In this document: piece by piece, positions 9,295-18,380 of the stretch
Layout: each line of letters begins with the position of its first letter
Position numbering within the stretch: position 1 is the first letter of the stretch
NCBI GenBank assembly: GCA_965218795.1
Contig: OZ244653.1
Location: 3,648,001-3,712,000 of the forward strand
Reading direction: 5' to 3'
Length of the DNA: 64,000 nucleotides
From: a bacterium
Lineage (GTDB): Bacteria > UBA8248 > JACPRG01 > G963555815
Translations under genes and position numbers: made by a program
The notes under the pieces: generated by a model
Database searches by the model: none
Seen by the model: only the letters and a program-made list of their open reading frames with translations
Told to the model about the DNA's origin: nothing

Positions 9295-9663
9295 ATGGCA
9301 AAAAGAAAATCAAGGGAAAGGGCGACCGTCAAGGTCTTCCGATACGATCCCGACGTCAACAAAGAACCCCATTTCGACACCTATGAGGTCCCCTACGACG
9401 CTCAAAACAGCGTCCTTCAGGTTTTGACGGACATCCGCGAACAGCAGGACCCCACCCTGGCCGTGCGCGAGTCCTGCTGGGTCGGCTGCTGTCTCATCTG
9501 TACCTATCGCGTCAACGGGAGATCGGAGGTCACCTGCCGGACGCGGATGGAGAAGGAGATGGTCATCGAGCCGCTGAAGAAGGAGCGGGTGGTCCGCGAC
9601 CTGATTCAGCTCGAACGAATGGACGTGGTTGACGGACGCGACGAGGCCGAAGAGGAAGAGTAG
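9295..9663 (+). CDS. 2Fe-2S protein equal to the N-terminal domain of SdhB/FrdB only
   Basis: VFRYDP, DPTLAVRESCWVGCCLIC...VNG....TC, IEPL...VVRDL; no 4Fe-4S/3Fe-4S domain. Confidence 0.9.
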   Translation: MAKRKSRERATVKVFRYDPDVNKEPHFDTYEVPYDAQNSVLQVLTDIREQQDPTLAVRESCWVGCCLICTYRVNGRSEVTCRTRMEKEMVIEPLKKERVVRDLIQLERMDVVDGRDEAEEEE

Positions 9664-9684
9664 CCCCCGGCCCGTGGGAAGGGA

Positions 9685-11478
9685 GTGATCAAGATGCGAA
9701 TCAACGGTACGAACGTGAGGGTGGTCGAGACGGACCTGCTCATCATCGGAACCGAGGCGACCGGCGGGAAGGCGGCCCTGGAGGCGGCCGAGAAGTTTCC
9801 GGAATGCCGAATCACCGTCGTCAATAAGCAGGTGATCGCGCGGAGCGCGGTCACGATCACCGCCGTGGCCACGTATAACGCTGCGGTGAATCCATACGAC
9901 GACCCCGACACTCACACAGCGGACACGATCAACGGCGGCTCGCACCTGGCGGACCAGACCCTCGCCAAACTGATGTGCGATGTCGGGGTGCAATGCGTGC
10001 ACGAGCTGGAGGCCTGGGGCTGCCGGTTCGCCCGGCAGGAGAAGAATCCGGAGTTGTACGACTGCTTCGAGTATCCGGGACATTCGAAGGCCAGAGGCGC
10101 TTACACGTTTCCCTACGGCACGACAGGCCGGAAGATGGTCCAGATCATGAAGCGGCAAATCTTCAAGCAGCCCAACATCACGGTCATGAACGACGTGTAC
10201 ATCTCCGACATGCTCATGGCCGACGGCAAGTGCGTGGGGGCGGTCGGCGTTTGTCTGGTCGAGACCCGGCCTGTCGTCATTCGGGCCAAGGCGGTCATCA
10301 TCGGCGCGGGCGGCGGGATGGAGATCTTCAAGAACAGCGATGCCGCCCGCGATGCTGTGGGCAACGGTTACGGCTGGGCCTACCGGGCGGGGAGCACCCT
10401 GGTCGACATGGAGCTCTGCCAGTTCTTCCCCACCAATGTCGTCACGCCGAAGACCATGTACGCCCAACAGCCGGTGGCCGTCATCCGTTACGCCCTCGGG
10501 GCGCGTCTTTACAACAGCAAGGGCGAGCGGTTCATGCACCGGTATGATCCCGTCCGGGGCGAATACAGCACCCGGGATCTCACCTCGCGCGCCATGTGGA
10601 TGGAAATTCTGGAAGGGCGGGGCGGGCCCAACGGCGGCGTCTACCTGTCGGTCGCCCATCTTCCCGACAACCTGATTGACGACTGGGTCGCCAAGAACAA
10701 TCCCGGGTACAATTTCGGGGGCGTGAAGCTCGAGGAGGAAGGCGTCGATATCAAGCACGATGCCTTGGAGGTCGCTCCCATGGCGCACTTCTATCTGGGC
10801 GGGATCAAGATCAACGGCCGTTGCGAGACCGACATCCCCGGTATGTACGCCGGAGGGGAGGTCGCGGGCAACGTTCACGGGGCCAACCGGCTCGGCGGCA
10901 ACGCCCTCACCGATTGCCAGGTCTTCGGCAAAATCGCCGGGGCGGAGGCGGCCGGGTACGCGTCGAAGGAAGAAGGGTACGGGGCGGTCAATGAAGACCA
11001 GGTGAAAGACCTGGTCGAGAAGATCGATGCCCTGTACGCCCGCGAAAACGGAACCCCGCCTCATGAAACGCGGAACAGAATCCGTGACGCCATGTACGAG
11101 GTCAGCCTGGTCAAGCACGGCGACTGGATCGAGAATGCCATGGGCATTCTGAAGGAAGTGAGAGAGAATGAACTTCCCGCGCCGGTCCTGGTCGGGAAGA
11201 GCAAGACCTTCAGCAAGGAGCTCATGCTGGCCCTGGAGAACGAGGATCTTTTATTGACGGCCGAACTTCACCTCAAGGGGGCCCTGATGCGGGAAGAGAC
11301 CCGGGGCGCCCAGTGCCGGCTCGATTTTCCGGATACCGACAACGAGAACTGGTGCAAGAACATCCACTACCGAAAAGACGGGGACGACGTGGAAATCTGG
11401 ACCGAAGACGTGGACCTCCACTTCTACAAGCCGGATTGGTATCTGGAAAAGGAGAAAGAGACCGCCGGCGCAGTGTAA
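9685..11478 (+). CDS. SdhA/FrdA/NadB-family flavoprotein with atypical active site
   Basis: DMELCQFFPT, RDLTSRA, HFYLGGI, GEVAGNVHGANRLGGNAL, REETRGAQCRLDFP; no covalent-FAD His. Confidence 0.92.
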   Translation: MIKMRINGTNVRVVETDLLIIGTEATGGKAALEAAEKFPECRITVVNKQVIARSAVTITAVATYNAAVNPYDDPDTHTADTINGGSHLADQTLAKLMCDVGVQCVHELEAWGCRFARQEKNPELYDCFEYPGHSKARGAYTFPYGTTGRKMVQIMKRQIFKQPNITVMNDVYISDMLMADGKCVGAVGVCLVETRPVVIRAKAVIIGAGGGMEIFKNSDAARDAVGNGYGWAYRAGSTLVDMELCQFFPTNVVTPKTMYAQQPVAVIRYALGARLYNSKGERFMHRYDPVRGEYSTRDLTSRAMWMEILEGRGGPNGGVYLSVAHLPDNLIDDWVAKNNPGYNFGGVKLEEEGVDIKHDALEVAPMAHFYLGGIKINGRCETDIPGMYAGGEVAGNVHGANRLGGNALTDCQVFGKIAGAEAAGYASKEEGYGAVNEDQVKDLVEKIDALYARENGTPPHETRNRIRDAMYEVSLVKHGDWIENAMGILKEVRENELPAPVLVGKSKTFSKELMLALENEDLLLTAELHLKGALMREETRGAQCRLDFPDTDNENWCKNIHYRKDGDDVEIWTEDVDLHFYKPDWYLEKEKETAGAV

Positions 11479-11580
11479 TCCGGGAACGACGGTATCCAGG
11501 GAGCGGACGGAGGTCTGCCCCGGAGGCGAATCGGATCCGGACGAAGCCATTCATGAATTCGGAGACAGAGGAGATAGCCC

Positions 11581-12255
11581 ATGGCGCGCGATATGCTTGA
11601 ATCCCTGGCCAATAAGATCGACCCGAAGAATGCCGCTTTGCTGATTGTGGACGTCCAGAATGACTTTGCCGCGGAAGGCGGAATGATGGACCGTGAAGGG
11701 AACGACCTGTCGATGTCCCAGGGGATCATCCCCCGGTTGCAGCAGCTCATCGACGAAGCCCATGAGGCGGACGTTCCCATCATTTTTATCCGCAACGTCT
11801 ACAACACCGACGCCAACTGGTATCTCTCCGACGTCTGGCTCGAGCAGGCCAAGCGCGTGCGCCAGGGCAGCTACGTCATCCATTCCGTTTGCGCGCCGGA
11901 TTCCTGGGCGGGGGATTTCTATGAGATCCGGCCGACCGAGAAGGACGTCATTGTCACCAAGCACCGGTTCAGCGCCTTCCAGGACACCGACCTCGACCTG
12001 ATCCTCCGCAGCCGGGGGATCCGCACGCTCATCATGACGGGCATCGCCACCAACGTCTGCGTGGAGAGCACGGCCCGGGACGGGTTTTTCCGGGATTATT
12101 ACATCGTCTTCACCTCGGACTGTACGGCCACCTATTCGAAGGAAGACCACGAGGGTACGTTGAACAACATTCGGCGGTTCTTCGGAGAAGTCGTCACGGC
12201 GGACGAGGTGGCGGGCGCCTGGAAGGGCGCGGCGGTCAAGGCGGCGACGTCCTAG
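11581..12255 (+). CDS. Cysteine hydrolase (isochorismatase/RutB/NicF family)
   Basis: Catalytic triad in VDVQND, TKHRFSAF, GIATNVCVES. Confidence 0.93.
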   Translation: MARDMLESLANKIDPKNAALLIVDVQNDFAAEGGMMDREGNDLSMSQGIIPRLQQLIDEAHEADVPIIFIRNVYNTDANWYLSDVWLEQAKRVRQGSYVIHSVCAPDSWAGDFYEIRPTEKDVIVTKHRFSAFQDTDLDLILRSRGIRTLIMTGIATNVCVESTARDGFFRDYYIVFTSDCTATYSKEDHEGTLNNIRRFFGEVVTADEVAGAWKGAAVKAATS

Positions 12256-12321
12256 CCGGTCCGGTTATCCCGAATGGGGGGGAGGGCCGCGATGAAGTCC
12301 AGCGGTCCCGACGAGAGCTCC

Positions 12322-12362
12322 GGGGGGACATTTTGAAAACCGTCCCCCCTCGAAAACTTTCG
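12322..12362. repeat. Palindromic GGGGGACATTTTGAAAA..GTCCCCC repeat family copy
   Basis: Same motif at 17851-17900, 32388-32432, 32597-32641, 34366-34560, 35284-35345, 37136-37186. Confidence 0.75.
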
Positions 12363-12530
12363 TTTCCCAATCGTGGCGGGCATAAAGGCCCGCCACGATT
12401 GGAATAAGCGCAAAACCCGGGCGGACACTTTTGATGATTGCCGCGAAGCGTCCCGAACGGCGTGAGGGAGCTATCAAGCTCGAAACTTTTTGTTTTTGAA
12501 CGGATTGACAAAAAATTCCCCTATTGGAAG

Positions 12531-12586
12531 AAGGTTCTTCGCGCGGCTCGATGACTTCGGGTCGTTGACCCCTCGCTCAGAATGAC
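12531..12586 (-). repeat. REP-like TGTCATTCTGAGCG...CGAAGAACCT element with inserted hairpin
   Basis: Reverse complement TGTCATTCTGAGCGAGGGGTCAACGACCCGAAGTCATCGAGCCGCGCGAAGAACCT; core GGCTCGATGACTTCGG recurs near 14375. Confidence 0.55.
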
Positions 12587-12859
12587 ATGGGGGCTGCATC
12601 ACGGGCCTCGACATCGTTTTTCCGCAGCCTGTCATGCGCTCCTCCCCGATTTCAGCCCTCTTCAATTTTTTTTGAACCCTTTTTGCCGTAATACCCTTCA
12701 AACATGCCGCTCCCGTATGGGACAATTGTGCGGCCGGGTGAATCCATGATCTCCGTGGTTCCGCGCGATTGATTCCGGCATGAGGAGGAATTGCGGGCGG
12801 CCTCCTGTTGACGACTTCATCGTTTGAGGCCCCGGTCTGTGTCTGGGAAGAGATATTCG

Positions 12860-14254
12860 ATGGCAAAGATTCTCATTGGAACCGGTACGGTCATCACGAT
12901 GGATGCCAAGCGGCGAATCATCAAGAACGGGGCCGTTCTCGTCGAGAATGATCGAATCGCCTGGGTGGGGAAGGCTTCAAGGATCAAACCGGAAGCGGCC
13001 GGCGGGGCCAGGAAGATCAACGCCGACGGAAAGATCATCATGCCCGGGCTGATCGATGCCCACGTCCACAACGTTCAGTCCCTCGCCCGGGGTCTCGGCG
13101 ACGACATCGATCTCATCGATTGGATCCACGAGCGGATCTATCCCTACGAAGCGGCCATGACGCCCCAGGATACCTACTGGAGCGCCATGTTGGCCTGCGT
13201 GGAAATGGTGCGCACGGGAACCACCTGCGTGGCCGACCCGGGCAGTTATTTGATGGACGACGTCGCGCGCGCCTGGGTGGATTTCGGAATGCGGGGGATG
13301 CTGTGCTGGGCCGGAGCCGATCAGTGGAGCCGGGACCGGCGGCTGGAGAAGGGGTTTCGCGGCAGGCTGAACACCGACGAGACCATGGAAGCGGAAGAAG
13401 TCCTCATCGAGCGCTGGCACGGAAAGGCCAAAGGGCGCATCCGCGCCTCGGCGGGCGTCCGCGTGGAGCCGAACTGTTCCCCCGAACTGCTGAAGCGCTG
13501 CGACGCCCTCGCGAAACAGAAAGACCTCATCGTGCAATTTCACGCCTGTGTGAATTGGGATCAGGTGAACTGGGTGAAGCGGCGATGGGGGAAACCGACC
13601 ATCGAGTGGATGGACTCCCTTGGCGTACTCAGCGACCGCTGGCTGTTGACCCACATGTCGGCTGTCACCGATCGCGACGTGGACCTGGTGAAAAGGCGCA
13701 GCGTCAGCGTCTGCCACAATCTGGGCGCCACGCTCCACGGGGCCTACGGGGCCGTCTCCGGGGGAAAGTTTCCCGAGATGATCGAGGGGGGCGTCACCGT
13801 CGTCCTGGGGTGCGACAGCACCGCGGCCAGCAACAGCCTCGACATGTTCCGGGCCATGCATCAGGTGGCCACCTGCCACAAAGAGGCCCGGATGATCCCG
13901 GACCTCATCCTTCCCGAGAAGGCCCTGGAGATGACGACCGTGGATGCCGCCAAGGCTCTGAGGTGGGAGGAGATCGGCTCGCTTGAGAAGGGCAGGAAGG
14001 CGGACCTGATCGTGGTGGACGGGACCAAGACGAACTGGACGCCGAGTTACGATTTCGCCCTTGTGCCGAACCTGGTCTACTCCGGGGAAGGACGGGACGT
14101 GGAGACCGTTCTGATCGACGGGAAGGTGGTCTACAAGGACCGGAAGTTCACCACGGTGAACGAAGCGGAGGTCAACCGGGAGGCGCAAAAAGCCGGCGAG
14201 CGCATATTGCGGCGCCTTCCCTACAGGCTCAAGCCGCGGTGGCCGCTCGTGTGA
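12860..14254 (+). CDS. Amidohydrolase superfamily protein (MtaD/AtzA/SsnA-like)
   Basis: PGLIDAHVH, RTGTT, LTHMS, LGCDS, GSLEKGRKADLIVVD, DVETVLIDGK. Confidence 0.93.
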   Translation: MAKILIGTGTVITMDAKRRIIKNGAVLVENDRIAWVGKASRIKPEAAGGARKINADGKIIMPGLIDAHVHNVQSLARGLGDDIDLIDWIHERIYPYEAAMTPQDTYWSAMLACVEMVRTGTTCVADPGSYLMDDVARAWVDFGMRGMLCWAGADQWSRDRRLEKGFRGRLNTDETMEAEEVLIERWHGKAKGRIRASAGVRVEPNCSPELLKRCDALAKQKDLIVQFHACVNWDQVNWVKRRWGKPTIEWMDSLGVLSDRWLLTHMSAVTDRDVDLVKRRSVSVCHNLGATLHGAYGAVSGGKFPEMIEGGVTVVLGCDSTAASNSLDMFRAMHQVATCHKEARMIPDLILPEKALEMTTVDAAKALRWEEIGSLEKGRKADLIVVDGTKTNWTPSYDFALVPNLVYSGEGRDVETVLIDGKVVYKDRKFTTVNEAEVNREAQKAGERILRRLPYRLKPRWPLV

Positions 14255-14400
14255 CAGCGGCGGGTCCGGACGGAAGATCCGGAGAAATGCCCCTCATTTG
14301 ACTTGATCTGCGGGGCGGTCTGCGGTCCTGCATGAACGGCAATCCAAAAAAGCCCCGCACGGTTTCCCGCGCGAGGCTCGATGACTTCGGCTCCTCCGGT

Positions 14401-15411
14401 CTAATTCGGCGCGAACAAATCCAGCAGTCTTTGCGCCTGATGCGGCTGGGCCGGCCGGACCACTGGAAGCTGAACACCCGCCTCGCGGAACTTCTCCACC
14501 CGCGCCAACACCTGCTCCGGGGTCCCCGAGGCCGTGAGATTTTCCACGTAGGATTCCGGAATCGTCTTGGCGAGCAGTTCTTTGCCCCCCGTTTCCTCCG
14601 CCTCGCGGAACTTCGGAAAGTCCTCCTTGTTGAGCCACGGGTCTCCGACGCGGATGCGCTGCCCGGCGTTGAAATCGATCTGGATCCGGTTGAACTTGCT
14701 GGCGACCTCCCAGCGAATCTGCTCGATGGCTTCGTCGCGGCTGTCTTCAACCGACGATACGATGATGCAGCCGACCCCGAAATCGCTGAAATCCCTCCCG
14801 GCGGCTTCGCAGGATTCCTTGCAGATCCGGATGGCGTTCTGGATGTACTCGGGCGAGGTGATTGCGTTGAGCATGACGCCGTCGCCGATCTCGCCGGCAA
14901 GCTTCAGTCCGGTCTTGCTCGTGGCCGCCACCCACATGGGAATGTGCTCCCGGTAGGGCTTCCACGCCAGCTCGGCCCGGTCCAGCTTGATGGTTTCCCC
15001 TTCCCAGACAATCTGCTTCTCGCCCCGGAGGAACTTGCGGATGACTTCGACGTAGTCCTTGAGGGACCCCACCGGGTCTTCGGGCTCGAGGGAGTTCCAG
15101 ACGGCATGGGTCCGTGTGCAGGCACCGGGGGCCAGGATGAAGCGACCTTCGGAGAGCTCGTCGATCGTGGCCACGGTCTGGGCGTGGATGATCGGTGTCC
15201 TCAGCCGGACGATCTGCGTGCAGCCGATGTTGATCTTTTTGGTGGCCAAGGCGAAGGCCGCCATCGCCGAGACGGAGTCGCGCATCACCTCGATGGTTTC
15301 CGAAAAAAAACCCATCTCATAGCCGCGCTCGTCGGCCTGTCGGACGAAATCCGCCATCTCGCGGACGTTCAATTTGGGCGAGTAACCCTGAGCAAAGCCG
15401 ATTCTTGTCAT
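14401..15411 (-). CDS. LLM-class (luciferase-like) flavin/F420-dependent oxidoreductase
   Basis: ALATKKINIG, ATIDELSEGRFIL, IPMWVAA...LKLAGEIGDG, GTPEQV. Confidence 0.9.
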   Translation of the reverse strand: MTRIGFAQGYSPKLNVREMADFVRQADERGYEMGFFSETIEVMRDSVSAMAAFALATKKINIGCTQIVRLRTPIIHAQTVATIDELSEGRFILAPGACTRTHAVWNSLEPEDPVGSLKDYVEVIRKFLRGEKQIVWEGETIKLDRAELAWKPYREHIPMWVAATSKTGLKLAGEIGDGVMLNAITSPEYIQNAIRICKESCEAAGRDFSDFGVGCIIVSSVEDSRDEAIEQIRWEVASKFNRIQIDFNAGQRIRVGDPWLNKEDFPKFREAEETGGKELLAKTIPESYVENLTASGTPEQVLARVEKFREAGVQLPVVRPAQPHQAQRLLDLFAPN

Positions 15412-15570
15412 TGAATTCAAATCCTTTTCCACCGGCCCCCACGGATCGGTTGATGGGACGGAACAGAGGCCCACGCCTCTACGCCGCCGGCTCCGGGGAG
15501 CACGCAACGCTCCGCCCTCGTAATTTGGCCGAAATTGACCATTAGGCTGGAAACAAAGAACCTTCTTCTA

Positions 15571-15968
15571 CCCTTTGAGAGGATCGCTGTCAAGCCGTTC
15601 TGGGGCTGAGTGGTTCCCGGTTTCCTGGGGAGGTCGGTCTGGGGTACGTATTGGAGGCAACGCGCCTTTGCGAGCTCACGGCGCCTGGAGGCGCCGCCGC
15701 CGCGCTCAAAAAGAGCATCGGATATCGACAACTCGAATGCGCGGCGAAAACGGAGCAGGCCGCGCCTGCCCCTTTGAGGAGGTCGCTGTCAAGCCGTTCG
15801 GGGGCTGAGTGACTCCCGGTTTCCTGGGGAGGTCGGTCTGGGGTGCGTTTTGGAGGCAACGCGCCTTTGCGAACCCACGGCGCCTGGAGGCGCCGCAGCC
15901 GCGCTCAAAAAGAGCATCGGATATCGACAACTCAAATGCGCGGCGAAAACGGAGCAGGCCGCGCCTGC
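15571..15968. repeat. Tandem direct duplication of a 199-bp unit
   Basis: Units start at 15571 and 15770; 12 substitutions by manual count, no indels. Confidence 0.95.
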
Positions 15969-16101
15969 CCCCCGAACGACTGAGCAGACAGGGCGGGGCT
16001 GCATTCCCGTAGAACAGGTTCTGTTTCATAAATCCGCACAAGCCGGTAAAATCACGCCTTCACACGTTGCCGAAAACAGACCTGTTCTATCGGGGGTGAA
16101 A

Positions 16102-17691
16102 ATGGCGTCCTATGACGGAATCATTGTAGGAAGCGGCCACAATGGCCTGATCTGCGGGAGCTACTTGGCGCGGGCGGGGAAGAAGGTCCTCATCGTTGAA
16201 CGGAACGACCGCGTCGGCGGCGGGCTCCTGACCGAGGAAGCCATCCTGCCCGGGTTTCATCACAACCTGCACGCCAACTTCTTCATGGGTGTGGAGCTGT
16301 CGCCTTACTACGACGACCTTGAGCTGGCGAAGCACGGGTTCGAGATCATTTTCCCGCCCGTCCAGCACGGAATCGCATTCCCCGACGGCACCGGAATGTG
16401 CATCCACCAGAACCCCGAGAAAACGGCGGCGTCCATCGCCCGGTTTTCGAAAAAAGACGCGGATAACTACCGGGAGATCCACGCGAACTTCACCCTGGGG
16501 ATGCGGAATTTTATCACGTCTTCCATGTTCACCTGTCCGCTGCCGCCTGCGGAGATGGCGGATCGCCTCAATGGTGAAATCGGAGAGGAAGTCAAAGCGT
16601 ACAACCGGATGACGATGTATGAGGCCGTCGAAAAAAATTTCGAGGAGGCCCACGTCCGCACACTGTTCAAGCTCTGGTTCCATATTCTCGCCCTGGAGAA
16701 CGACCCCGGCACGGGCTCGTTCTTCCCCCGCGTCTTTTCACGGATGGACCGGTTCTCCCTGGTGAAGGGCGGGTCCGTTCACTTCGCCGACGTTCTCGCC
16801 GAAGTCTTCCGAAAAAACGGCGGCGAGATCCGCCAGGGGGTGCACGTCTCGGCCATTACGCATCAGAACGGCAAGGTCTCGGGCGTTCGCCTCGAGGACG
16901 GGTCCGCCATCGAGGCGAATGAATTCGTCGTCAGTACGGTCGACCCGCCGCAGACGCTCCGAATGGTGGGGGACGATGGGTTCGGCCCGGAGACCTCGGA
17001 AAAGCTGCGTCACTTCAAGCCCTCGCCCCACGCCATCTGCACGCTTCACCTGGCCCTGAATGAGCCGCCGGAGTATTCGGCCGCCGCGTTCGACCCCGAC
17101 CTGAACCGGGCATTCAATATGTTCGTCGGCGTCGAGGACGAGGAAACCCTGGAAGAAAATTTCGAGGCGACGATTCACGGCCAGTTTCCGCCCTTCCCCA
17201 TGGGCAACGGGGCCTGCAACTCGCTGTTCGATCCCTCCTATGCGCCTCCCGGCAAGCACGTCGCCTTCTGGTGGCCGTTCGTCCCCTATGCAGTCGGCGA
17301 TGAGGGTCCGGATTATTGGGACAACAACCGCAAGGAGGTCACGGATCGGCTGCTGGAGGTGTGGCGCGCCTACGCGCCGAACCTGGATGGAAAGAACGTC
17401 CTGGGTACGCATTTGTTCACGCCCCTCGATACGGAACGAAGCTGTATCAACATGATCCGGGGCAGTCACCACGTTGGGGCCTACACGCTGGACCAGGTCG
17501 GCTACAACCGGCCGACGCCCGAGCTCTCCCACTACCGCACGCCGGTCGAGGGCGTATACATGGCCGGATCGGGAAACCACGTGGGAGGGTCGATCAACGG
17601 AGCCGCAGGATACAATGCGGCCGGCGTGATCGCGGACGATCTGGGCGTCAGGAAGTGGTGGACGCCGGTCCCCGAACCGGCATTGGCTTGA
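16102..17691 (+). CDS. Phytoene desaturase-family (PYROXD2-like) FAD-dependent oxidoreductase
   Basis: IVGSGHNGL...ERNDRVGG, FDPSYAPPGKH, YRTPVEGVYMAGSGNHVGGSINGAAGYNAA. Confidence 0.92.
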   Translation: MASYDGIIVGSGHNGLICGSYLARAGKKVLIVERNDRVGGGLLTEEAILPGFHHNLHANFFMGVELSPYYDDLELAKHGFEIIFPPVQHGIAFPDGTGMCIHQNPEKTAASIARFSKKDADNYREIHANFTLGMRNFITSSMFTCPLPPAEMADRLNGEIGEEVKAYNRMTMYEAVEKNFEEAHVRTLFKLWFHILALENDPGTGSFFPRVFSRMDRFSLVKGGSVHFADVLAEVFRKNGGEIRQGVHVSAITHQNGKVSGVRLEDGSAIEANEFVVSTVDPPQTLRMVGDDGFGPETSEKLRHFKPSPHAICTLHLALNEPPEYSAAAFDPDLNRAFNMFVGVEDEETLEENFEATIHGQFPPFPMGNGACNSLFDPSYAPPGKHVAFWWPFVPYAVGDEGPDYWDNNRKEVTDRLLEVWRAYAPNLDGKNVLGTHLFTPLDTERSCINMIRGSHHVGAYTLDQVGYNRPTPELSHYRTPVEGVYMAGSGNHVGGSINGAAGYNAAGVIADDLGVRKWWTPVPEPALA

Positions 17692-17850
17692 AGTCCTTGG
17701 GGACGGGCGCAACGGCAACGTGCCGCTCCGATTTCGCCTCCCTGCGGGCGGCAGAGGCGGGCGGATAGAAACATCCTCCCCTGTGGCCAGGGACGTTATT
17801 CGGTCGCAGGGGCCGGTTTCCGTATCGGCCCGTCATTCTTGTTGGACGAA

Positions 17851-17900
17851 ACGAAAGTTTTCGAGGGGGTCTGGGGGACAGTTTTCAAAATGTCCCCCAG
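17851..17900. repeat. Palindromic repeat family copy (GAAAGTTTTCGAGGGGG..GGGGACAGTTTTCAAAATGTCCCCC)
   Basis: Inverted relative to the 12322 copy. Confidence 0.75.
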
Positions 17901-17930
17901 AATCCCTTCTCAGAGAGAAAGGGATAGCCA

Positions 17931-18335
17931 ATGACCCGAACCGCCGTCAATCCCGCAGCCATCGGTGTGCCGGTGGCGCCTTATTCGCACGCCATCAAGA
18001 CCACCGGGAGCGAGATCCTCTTTCTCGCCGGTCAGGTGCCGATCGACAAAGACGGAAGCACCGTCGGTGTCGGAGATTTCGAAGCCCAGGCCCGTTGCGT
18101 CTTCGATTTGCTGACCGAAATCCTGAAAGCCGGCGGAATGGATTGGGGAAACGTGGCGAAGTTGAACGTATTCATGACGCGCCGGGAGGATCGGGAAAGG
18201 ATCACCGCCCTGCGGGAGGAATTGTTTTCCGAATGGTTCCCCAGCGGCGATTACCCCATCAGCACGCTGCTCTTCATCTCCGGTCTTTACCGTGAAGAGT
18301 TTCTGATTGAGATTGAGGCCATCGCCGTCCGCTGA
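17931..18335 (+). CDS. RidA/YjgF family protein (no catalytic Arg)
   Basis: APYSHA, LAGQVP, YPISTL, LIEIEAIA. Confidence 0.92.
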   Translation: MTRTAVNPAAIGVPVAPYSHAIKTTGSEILFLAGQVPIDKDGSTVGVGDFEAQARCVFDLLTEILKAGGMDWGNVAKLNVFMTRREDRERITALREELFSEWFPSGDYPISTLLFISGLYREEFLIEIEAIAVR

Positions 18336-18380
18336 GCGCGGACCCGGTGGGCATTTCGAAAACCCTCGGGGTGGCTTTCT

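Noticed and set aside
9295-11478. Calling these genes sdhB/sdhA, frdAB or nadB
   Set aside because: Key substrate residues and the covalent-FAD His differ; the Fe-S subunit is truncated; no anchor subunits
15571-15968. Tandem repeat as a CRISPR array or coding repeat
   Set aside because: Two 199-bp units with no unique spacers, no cas genes, and a period not divisible by 3
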